A program made the translations under genes and the position numbers. Source: a virus (lineage: Duplodnaviria; Heunggongvirae; Uroviricota; Caudoviricetes). From it: a stretch of DNA of 37,432 nt. The stretch lies in the IMG/VR virus record IMGVR_UViG_2724679140_000013, one strand, 5' to 3'. This document shows positions 6,932 through 14,453 of this stretch, piece after piece (the stretch's first letter is position 1; the number at the start of each line of letters is the position of its first letter). The notes beneath the pieces are model-generated. The model had not been told where the DNA came from, made no database searches, and was given only the letters and a program-made list of their open reading frames with translations.

Positions 6932-9754
6932 ATGACGGCAGAGTACATCAGGGACTGGCAACAGCCGCGCCACGCAGTGGGACGTGAAGGAACGGGGATC
7001 CCCGTTCCTGAATCCGCGCTTTCCTCCTGGCTGGATGCCTACCGGGCAGAGAACGAGCGCCGCCAGGAAATGGCTGATGCGGCGTTCTCCGCCACGCCGC
7101 TGGGCAACCTGATTAATAAAAGCCTGGATGCACAGGAAAAACAGGACAAAACCATCACACTGGCAGGAGACGCCAGAAAACAGGTACGCGGTGCGGTGGA
7201 TGAAGCCATGGCCTCGCTGCGCCTGCTGCCGTCCTATCTGCGCGATCCGCTTATTCGCCACCTCTCCTTCCTGCGCAAAAAACAGGAAGCCGATCGCCGG
7301 AAAGGCAAAAAGAGCTGGCAGGCTGAACGCTACGCGCGCGGAACCCTGCGCAAAATATTCGAACGTCTGGACCGCACCGACCACCGCTGGCTGACACCGG
7401 GTTATCGCTCCCTTGCCGGACGCGAACGCCTGGATGATTTGCTTTACCTGCCGCAGCTCAACAAGCACCAGATACAGACGCTGGCCACCATGACGGCGGC
7501 GATGTTCAGCAGCACCTTCGAAAAACTCTGCGATGGCTTTGGCGCGACTGATGGCGAGCTGACCATGGAGGTAACGCTGAAGGCGTATCAGATGCTGGCC
7601 CGCATGGCGTTACACCTGCACGCCATGCCTCCGCATTATGACGCACTGACAACAGACAAAGACCGGAGGAACGAACCGGACACGGAGTTGCTGCCGGGCG
7701 CAATCCTTCGCCTGACCTGTGCGGAATGGTGGAAACGCAAACTGTGGCTGTTACGTTGCGAGTGGCGGGAAGAACAACTCCGCGCCGCCTGTCTGGTTTC
7801 CAGAAAAACATCGCCCTATCTGAGCCAGGACGCGTTAAGCGAGTTTCGAGCACAGCGCGAGAAAACACGCGATTTCCTGAAAAGTTTCATGCTGGAAAAC
7901 GAAGACGGGTTCACGATTGATCTCGAGACGGTGTATTACGCGGGAGTAAGTAATCCGGTTCATCGTAAGGCAGAAATGATGGCCACCATGAAGGGGCTGG
8001 AACTTCTGGCCGAAGCCCGTGGCGACAAAGCGGTGTTTCTGACTGTCACCTGCCCGTCAAAATACCACGCCACAACAGAGAACGGTCATCCGAATCCCAA
8101 ATGGAACGGGGCCACCATGCGCGACTCCAGCGATTACCTGGTTAACACGTTTTTTGCGGCGGTCCGCAAGAAACTGAACCGCGACGGCCTGCGCTGGTAT
8201 GGCATCCGCACGGTGGAGCCTCACCATGACGGCACCGTGCACTGGCATATGATGGTCTTTGCTCATCCGGAAGAAATCGACACCATTGTGTCCCACACCC
8301 GCGATATTGCCATTCAGGAAGATCGTCACGAGCTGGGTGATGATATTACCCCACGCTTTAAGGCGGAGTACGTCGACGGCTCAAAAGGCACACCGACCAG
8401 CTACATCGCCACCTACATCGGGAAAAACCTGGACAGCCGTGCCGTGGATGGCATCGACCCGAAAACGGGCAAGCCACGCGTTGACCACGAAACCGGAAAA
8501 TCAATGGCCGAGAGCGTGGAACGCGCCATCGGCTGGGCGCGCCTTCACCGGGTCCGCCAGTTCCAGTTCTTTGGTATCCCCTCCCGTCAGGTGTGGCGTG
8601 AACTGCGCCGCCTTGCCAGCCAGATGGCTCGCAACCCGGAAGGACCGCAACGGCTGAAGGATGACGCAATGGACGCGGTTCTTGCTTCCGCTGATGCCGG
8701 ATGTTTTGCCACCTACATAGAGAAACAGGGCGGCGTACTTGTTCCACGCAAGGACTACCTGATTCGCACCGCCTACGACCTCGCAGATGAGCTGAACGAT
8801 TACGGTGAACAGAGCGTACAGATTTACGGGATCTGGTCACCGCTCATCGGGGAGTCTTCCCGCGTATGCACGCATCCGGACAACTGGAAGCTGGTAAGAC
8901 GCAAACCGGAAGCGGAAGACAGCGCCCGCGAAAATGGTTTTGACCTTCAGGGCGGCCCTGCCGCCCCTTGGACTCGTGGCAATAACTGTCCCCGTATACA
9001 GGAAACGGGCAACAACGGGACAGAACAGCCGGAAGAACGGCCAGCACCGTGGCCGCAGCTTCCTGACGGCGTTGACGTGAATGAATGGATGCGCTCACTG
9101 AAACGGCACGAACACCGGGCGCTGATGCGTTCGCTGCGTGACAAACAGGCAAAAAACAGCAGTGATGAAATGCAGAACTGGACACAGAGCCGCAAACAGC
9201 CACAGCCTTTGCCTGATAACCACGAGTTACTCGCTAAAGAATGGCGGGAGTCTGCTGAATCTCTCGGCCTGCATATCGGTGAACAGCAGATGCAGCACCT
9301 GTTACGGGGCGGCAGTCTGTACGTTGACGGCAGCATCATTGCACCGCAGGGATTTGAAATTGTACGCAAACCGGATACCCGCCCGGACAGCCGAATCACG
9401 CAGCTCTGGCAGCGCCTGAGCCGTAACCACGGCGTAAGCAGCACGGAGATCCGCCATAACCCGGTCGCCAGCTATCTGGAACAGCTGGGGGCATCAGACC
9501 CCGAAGCCGCCGCACGCCTGGCATCCACACTTCAGCAAGACCAGAACACCATGAAAACACCCGTTACCGTGCTTTCTGACATGCTGCGCGCCATCCGCGA
9601 CGCAGAGCACGCACAGAGAATCAGTGAAACCACTGAACGCGCCCGCCGCAAAGCAGACCTGCTGCGGGGTGGCCTGACCAGTGGAAACAAAAAACAGACA
9701 GAAACGGGATTCACAAATCCCGTAAATGAGCAAAAAACGCGCCGCGATATATGA
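6932..9754 (+). CDS. A: rolling-circle replication initiator (P2 gpA family endonuclease)
   Basis: 940 aa; HUH-type motif EPHHDGTVHWHMMVFAHP and downstream tyrosine motif YIATYIGKN; last early gene as in P2; longer than P2 A (about 760 aa) through a C-terminal extension. Confidence 0.85.
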   Translation: MTAEYIRDWQQPRHAVGREGTGIPVPESALSSWLDAYRAENERRQEMADAAFSATPLGNLINKSLDAQEKQDKTITLAGDARKQVRGAVDEAMASLRLLPSYLRDPLIRHLSFLRKKQEADRRKGKKSWQAERYARGTLRKIFERLDRTDHRWLTPGYRSLAGRERLDDLLYLPQLNKHQIQTLATMTAAMFSSTFEKLCDGFGATDGELTMEVTLKAYQMLARMALHLHAMPPHYDALTTDKDRRNEPDTELLPGAILRLTCAEWWKRKLWLLRCEWREEQLRAACLVSRKTSPYLSQDALSEFRAQREKTRDFLKSFMLENEDGFTIDLETVYYAGVSNPVHRKAEMMATMKGLELLAEARGDKAVFLTVTCPSKYHATTENGHPNPKWNGATMRDSSDYLVNTFFAAVRKKLNRDGLRWYGIRTVEPHHDGTVHWHMMVFAHPEEIDTIVSHTRDIAIQEDRHELGDDITPRFKAEYVDGSKGTPTSYIATYIGKNLDSRAVDGIDPKTGKPRVDHETGKSMAESVERAIGWARLHRVRQFQFFGIPSRQVWRELRRLASQMARNPEGPQRLKDDAMDAVLASADAGCFATYIEKQGGVLVPRKDYLIRTAYDLADELNDYGEQSVQIYGIWSPLIGESSRVCTHPDNWKLVRRKPEAEDSARENGFDLQGGPAAPWTRGNNCPRIQETGNNGTEQPEERPAPWPQLPDGVDVNEWMRSLKRHEHRALMRSLRDKQAKNSSDEMQNWTQSRKQPQPLPDNHELLAKEWRESAESLGLHIGEQQMQHLLRGGSLYVDGSIIAPQGFEIVRKPDTRPDSRITQLWQRLSRNHGVSSTEIRHNPVASYLEQLGASDPEAAARLASTLQQDQNTMKTPVTVLSDMLRAIRDAEHAQRISETTERARRKADLLRGGLTSGNKKQTETGFTNPVNEQKTRRDI

Positions 9755-9799
9755 AGCGCGCATAAAACAGGCAAAAACGGGATTTCAGAATCCCGTAAA
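9690..9799. repeat. two copies of a 37-bp direct repeat, each containing palindrome cgggatt-N5-aatcccg (candidate parC/ParR sites)
   Basis: copy 1 at 9690-9726 (inside 3' end of A), copy 2 at 9763-9799 (36 bp upstream of parM start): aaaacagNcaNaaacgggattNcaNaatcccgtaaa. Confidence 0.45.
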
Positions 9800-9830
9800 C
9801 GATTAATTAATCAACATAAGGAAAAGCGAC

Positions 9831-10790
9831 ATGAAAATTTGTATCGATGACGGCTCCACCAACATCAAGCTGGCATGGACTGAGAACGGCGAACGCCGCA
9901 ACGCCATCAGCCCGAACAGCTTCAAGTCGGAATGGTCTGCGCCGTTCGGTGGAACGCAGCCCGCAAACTACATGCTTGATGGCGTGCGCTATGGTTTTGA
10001 TCCGGTCAGCGATCGCTTTGTCCAGACGACCGACACGCAATACCAGTACAGCGATGTGAATGTCATTGCCATTCATCACGCGCTGGTCAAATCAGGCATC
10101 ACACCACAGGAAGTGGATGTGGTTGTCACCCTGCCACTGAGCGAATATTTCGACACCAACGCACAGCCGGACATGGCCAACATCAACCGCAAAAAAGCAA
10201 ACGTCATGCGCCCGGTGGCGTACCAGAACGGAAAAGCATTCACTATCCGTAACGTACGGGTTATGCCTGAATCCATTCCGGCTGGTTTTAAAGCACTGGC
10301 TGACATGAGTCCGTTTGAATCCCTGCTGATTGTGGATTTAGGCGGAACCACGCTGGATGTGGCAAAGGTTCAGGGACAACTGGCAGGTATCAGCCAGGTG
10401 TTTTGCGATCCACACGTAGGCGTTTCCCTGATGGCCGATGCCGTACTGTCGGTGATGGCCACTAACGGTATGCGTACCAGTCACCACATCGCCAATACCA
10501 TTATCGAACATCGCCATGATGAAGCCTGGCTGCGCCAGCACATCCACAATGACGCGCATTACGCCAGCCTGATGGCGGTTATTCGTGAAAAGGAAGAAAC
10601 ACTGAAACAACGCGTGATCCGCGCGCTGGCGGGTTTTTCGGGTTACGGGCGGGTGATGGTTGTCGGTGGAGGGGCGGAGATTGTGGCACCCGCTATCCGC
10701 GAAGCCTGCGGAGTTAATGCGACTTTCATCGCGGACGGGGTGCCACAGTTTGCTCTGGTTAACGGGCTGTACGCAATGGACAAGGAGTAA
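9831..10790 (+). CDS. parM: ParM/StbA-type actin-like partition ATPase
   Basis: 319 aa; N-terminus MKICIDDGSTNIKLAW and motifs YSDVNVIAIHHAL, IVDLGGTTLD, VMVVGGGAEI closely resemble plasmid R1 ParM as I recall it. Confidence 0.85.
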   Translation: MKICIDDGSTNIKLAWTENGERRNAISPNSFKSEWSAPFGGTQPANYMLDGVRYGFDPVSDRFVQTTDTQYQYSDVNVIAIHHALVKSGITPQEVDVVVTLPLSEYFDTNAQPDMANINRKKANVMRPVAYQNGKAFTIRNVRVMPESIPAGFKALADMSPFESLLIVDLGGTTLDVAKVQGQLAGISQVFCDPHVGVSLMADAVLSVMATNGMRTSHHIANTIIEHRHDEAWLRQHIHNDAHYASLMAVIREKEETLKQRVIRALAGFSGYGRVMVVGGGAEIVAPAIREACGVNATFIADGVPQFALVNGLYAMDKE

Positions 10791-10794
10791 ACCA

Positions 10795-11109
10795 ATGACG
10801 ACACCAACCAGACGGATAAGTTTCTATCTGAAGCCAGCTGCAGTCAAGAGTGAACGGGAAGCGTGTAATTATCTCGACAGCCTGCCAGCCTCCGAACGCA
10901 GCCGCGCGCAACGCGCGGCATTTCTGGCTGGACTGGCACTCATTAAAAACGATCCTGCCTTTGCTTACTGGCTGGCTGAATGGTCAGAGGGGGAAAATAT
11001 GCCTGCCAACAATCACATATGGGGCTGGCATAACAGCGAGCCTGTTGGTTGCAAAAATCAGAATATAAGTCAAATAAAAAAGAATATTCAGGAATTTTTT
11101 CCTGAATGA
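10795..11109 (+). CDS. parR: ParR-like partition adaptor/repressor
   Basis: 104 aa from ATG at 10795 (AGGAG SD 7 nt upstream); RRISFYLKP...LDSLPASERSRAQRAAFLAGLALIKNDP resembles R1 ParR N-terminal RHH region; directly downstream of parM. Confidence 0.75.
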   Translation: MTTPTRRISFYLKPAAVKSEREACNYLDSLPASERSRAQRAAFLAGLALIKNDPAFAYWLAEWSEGENMPANNHIWGWHNSEPVGCKNQNISQIKKNIQEFFPE

Positions 11110-11113
11110 TCAC

Positions 11114-11140
11114 AAAAAGCATGGCTTTCGCCATGCTTTT
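11114..11140. terminator. intrinsic terminator after parR
   Basis: hairpin agcatggc-tttc-gccatgct flanked by A run upstream and T run downstream. Confidence 0.6.
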
Positions 11141-11429
11141 AAATATCAAATATCAGCTTCGCACTAGAAACGCCCAAGCTTTCCAGCCATACTCATGAGC
11201 ATCCAGCTTTCGACCAGAATCACCACGAACCTTACGGTATCGGCAAAACTGCCAACGAAATCCTTTCGGAGCCGGTTTTTTTACAATTGATTTCAAAGCC
11301 ATCCATAATCACCTCCTTACTGAGAATGATTTTTACCTTGATTATCTGCCTGGATTGACTAGAATCACAGTTGTACATGCAAAACATCAAGGTGATGATA
11401 TTTCTCAGACTATCATTCCTTTGTGTTGA

Positions 11430-11465
11430 AAAGCCCCTGACGGTTGGCCCCGTCAGGGGCTTAAT
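11430..11465. terminator. intrinsic terminator downstream of antitoxin gene (bidirectional potential)
   Basis: 10-bp GC-rich stem cccctgacgg / ccgtcagggg with flanking A/T runs. Confidence 0.6.
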
Positions 11466-11467
11466 AT

Positions 11468-11785
11468 TTATGCAACCTGACAGGAATGTTCTGCCGTCGC
11501 AGTAACAACCCCACCGGAATACCCAAACTTAAAATCCCACCCCAGGATGTTTAGCATGATAAACAGTCGATCAATGGTATGATTATCTAACTTACCATTA
11601 ATGATTTCGCTTACTCTTGGTTGGGTTGTTTCCAGCAATTCAGCAGCTTCTCGCTGGGTAAGACCGCGCTCCTGAATCATTTTTCGGATAATAACCATTA
11701 ATTGGGCCCGGATGTGTTTATCACTAGCTTCATTTACAGAGCTACTTGATGACGCATAAGGGTTTTTGACTACGACGAATTCCAT
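11468..11785 (-). CDS. HTH (XRE-type) antitoxin, HigA-like
   Basis: 105 aa; HTH GLTQREAAELLETTQPRVSEIINGK; directly downstream of the toxin gene. Confidence 0.75.
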   Translation of the reverse strand: MEFVVVKNPYASSSSSVNEASDKHIRAQLMVIIRKMIQERGLTQREAAELLETTQPRVSEIINGKLDNHTIDRLFIMLNILGWDFKFGYSGGVVTATAEHSCQVA

Positions 11786-11855
11786 AACTCTCCAGCCTTA
11801 ATCAGCGATGTTGCTGACATTGATTATGTTATATCAGATTTGAGATACCTGCAAG

Positions 11856-12257
11856 CTATCTTAAGCCATTTTTACGACGATACTCCACTAATTGTTTGTA
11901 TCTTGCGGCAGCTGTCTCATATTCTTTTTTTGACACACCATTTGTCTTTTTCTTAAATGTATGAAGTATGTAAACAGACTCCGCAAATTTCGCAACGTAA
12001 ATCATACGATAAGAATCACTACTCTTGATGGTTAATTGCATTGCGTAGCGACCAATCGTTTCCCGCATTGATTTTTTTTGAGCAGGTGGAACCCCCAAGG
12101 CATCATCACCATCCACTGGAAAATCGAAACTGTCGAAAGAATGAGGACAATCGCTCTGCAGTGCAACAAGCTCAAAATTTATCCTTTCTCGAACAGCTTC
12201 AGGATAACTATCAATTTGTTTCTGAATTTTATCATTCCAATATGTGATGTCTTTCAC
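11856..12257 (-). CDS. RelE/HigB-superfamily toxin (Gp49-like)
   Basis: 133 aa; C-terminal signature YRMIYVAKFAESVYILHTFKKKTNGVSKKEYETAAARYK typical of Gp49/HigB-like toxins; GTG start with GAGAGG SD. Confidence 0.75.
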   Translation of the reverse strand: MKDITYWNDKIQKQIDSYPEAVRERINFELVALQSDCPHSFDSFDFPVDGDDALGVPPAQKKSMRETIGRYAMQLTIKSSDSYRMIYVAKFAESVYILHTFKKKTNGVSKKEYETAAARYKQLVEYRRKNGLR

Positions 12258-12349
12258 TCAGAACCTCTCACCAACGTAACCGAACGAAATTATACAAAGA
12301 TCTTTTTTTCGCTTAAATACATCCACTGAACGTTGATTTTAATGCAAGA

Positions 12350-12369
12350 TTGTGCACAAATTTGCACAA
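12350..12369. promoter_or_regulatory. candidate operator of TA operon
   Basis: ttgtgcacaaatttgcacaa: TGCACAA repeated at 10-bp spacing with partial dyad symmetry, about 95 bp upstream of toxin start. Confidence 0.4.
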
Positions 12370-12867
12370 TTTTTTTGAACGACTTTTTGCCCTTCCGGCC
12401 CGCGTGGCGGCTGGATCCGCCAAGGATCCGTGCGTGCACAAAAAAACGCGTTTTTTCTGCGCGCAGGTGACGGGGGAACAGCCCGCGTTTCAGGGGGTAA
12501 ATAGCATTCCCTGAACGATGTCGCAGCGACACAACAGAATGGCTGTATCGCTCACGCTGAGCGTGAAAAATACGTAAGGGGTTCTGATTTGATGGGGTGA
12601 AAGGTAAGGCCGTCAAATCGCAATGAGACGGCGAGAACATGCTGTCAGCTCGATGGGATTGCGTAAGAGTCTGGCCATCGATGATGGCGATAAGTTGGAA
12701 GACGTCGTGAAATTATCTGATTGATACGGGAGCTGGAGAGTCGGGGCATAAATTTTTTATGCCCCGGCGAAGCAGCAGACAAGCGAAGCGCGTCAGTGAT
12801 GCGGCACCTTGCCGACCACACTCCATAAGTGCAAAATACGAGCAAAGAAATCAATGGAGGCTGTTTT

Positions 12868-13392
12868 ATGGTCATTAATTACAAGCAGTTACGAGAAAAA
12901 CGAGAGCAGGTAAAGGAAAGTTTTCGCCGCAATGAAGATCTGACCCCGCTTGTACACCTTGCCCAGGGAATTGTTGATGCTTATGAAATCTCTCTGGAGC
13001 TGCCATCACAGACATGGACGGATAGCGACGGTAATCGCCAGCATTACGTTTCATGCGGACTGGAAACAACTGAAGGGTTTCGCAGAATGCCTTTATCTCA
13101 GATTCCTGCCGCTACCCCCAAAGCAAGGGGCGGCAATGATGAGCGAAAACTGATTTTTAGCATTGAGACAGTGGTTGACGACACACCTGGCGAAGTCGCG
13201 TTCGTGCATACTCCTCTTTCGATCGCAATGTATAACGATGAAATACAGGTTCGCGTTAATAATAATATCGTGCCACTTAAAGAAGGTAATTCACCCTACA
13301 CCACCGTTTGTGAAGCCATTCAATATTACGTTCTCTCTGAAATTGATAATCTCAAGCCTGACGGCACCCAGAAAATGGTTCAACTCTGGTAA
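12868..13392 (+). CDS. hypothetical protein, accessory gene next to portal
   Basis: 174 aa from ATG at 12868 with GGAGG SD 7 nt upstream; followed by intrinsic terminator; no family recognised. Confidence 0.55.
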   Translation: MVINYKQLREKREQVKESFRRNEDLTPLVHLAQGIVDAYEISLELPSQTWTDSDGNRQHYVSCGLETTEGFRRMPLSQIPAATPKARGGNDERKLIFSIETVVDDTPGEVAFVHTPLSIAMYNDEIQVRVNNNIVPLKEGNSPYTTVCEAIQYYVLSEIDNLKPDGTQKMVQLW

Positions 13393-13397
13393 TAAGG

Positions 13398-13425
13398 ACA
13401 GCCCCATCACGGGGCTGTTTTTTCA
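13398..13425 (+). terminator. intrinsic terminator
   Basis: hairpin cagcccc-atcac-ggggctg followed by T6; overlaps last codons of portal gene on opposite strand. Confidence 0.55.
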
Positions 13426-14453
13426 TCAAGAAGTGCATAAGAGTTAAAACGGATCACCTCTTCGCCAAGCCAGTCATTGATGTGCTTCATGGCCTCCATG
13501 ACGGGCATCAGCTCGTTAATTGCGTAAACCCGCGCGGCCTTCTCCACATCACCAAACGCACTTTTTTCACCCGGCATCGCCCCCATCAGTTGCGGCGGAA
13601 CGCGGTGCGCAGCCAGCACATCATCACGGGATGCCGCCTTAACATTCATGAACTCATCCTTTGCGGTGATCTGCTGGAACGGCAAAATTTGCACCCCCTC
13701 TTTGCCCCCGTTGGGCGCATGAATGAGCACGTTTTTAAACGCACCACCACCACGTGCCCCCTGTAGCGTTTCTTTCAGGGAGTCCATGCTTTCGCGGTTT
13801 ACCTGCGCTGCACCGATGTAGATGATGCACCCGGCGTGGGATCCGTTGTCGTAATACAGTTTTCTGAACATGTCCGCCGAATGAGACAGGCTGGCCGAGA
13901 GTAATGCGCCAAGATATTCCGGCATGCCGTAAATTTCCTGGTTAATGTCAGGATTCATCAGGTGGCACACTTTACCAGGGCGAAACTGAAACGCATCCTT
14001 GCCATCCTGCACATACCACCATGATTCAAGATCGCTTCCGCGTCGCATGTATTTCGCCAGGGCGTGCCGTAATTTAAGCGGTTCGCCGAGCATATTGCTC
14101 CGAAGCTCAAGGAATGCGTTACCGAACACAAACCAGTCCAGCGCCAGCGCCGAGAAATCCTGCCGGGAAAGCAGCGGGTGCGGAATGTAGCAACCGAGCA
14201 ATACATTACGCTTAAAGTAAAGCGCAGACTGATGCCAGGACGTTTGCCGGGCAGCTCTTGCCAGACCGTACCAGTCCACCGGGGTTTCATACCACCGCCC
14301 GTTATCAGCACAGTACATGTTGTCCAGCAGGTCATGCCCGGTCAGGCGATAAGGACCATCAAATGTGAATGCACTGAGCGATGATTCTTTCCTGAGCGCA
14401 TCAGCGAGATCAATGCGTGAACTCATGCGCACTTTTTTATTTTTTCTGCTCAT
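13407..14453 (-). CDS. Q: portal protein (P2 gpQ family)
   Basis: 348 aa; length and sequence character match P2 Q; immediately downstream of terminase gene with overlapping stop/start. Confidence 0.9.
   Translation of the reverse strand: MSRKNKKVRMSSRIDLADALRKESSLSAFTFDGPYRLTGHDLLDNMYCADNGRWYETPVDWYGLARAARQTSWHQSALYFKRNVLLGCYIPHPLLSRQDFSALALDWFVFGNAFLELRSNMLGEPLKLRHALAKYMRRGSDLESWWYVQDGKDAFQFRPGKVCHLMNPDINQEIYGMPEYLGALLSASLSHSADMFRKLYYDNGSHAGCIIYIGAAQVNRESMDSLKETLQGARGGGAFKNVLIHAPNGGKEGVQILPFQQITAKDEFMNVKAASRDDVLAAHRVPPQLMGAMPGEKSAFGDVEKAARVYAINELMPVMEAMKHINDWLGEEVIRFNSYALLDEKTAP

Noticed and set aside
6407-7468. 353-aa minus-strand ORF antisense to the 5' part of replication gene A
   Set aside because: Overlaps a strongly supported gene on the opposite strand; composition looks like antisense translation of GC-rich coding DNA; no RBS context.
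8259-9444. Multiple overlapping ORFs (both strands) within the 3' half of gene A
   Set aside because: All are alternative-frame or antisense readings inside the A coding sequence with Arg/Cys/Ser-rich artefactual composition.
12290-12875. Minus-strand ORFs of 116 and 76 aa in the GC-rich noncoding stretch
   Set aside because: Arg-rich, no SD, span palindromes and hairpins; region better explained as structured noncoding DNA.
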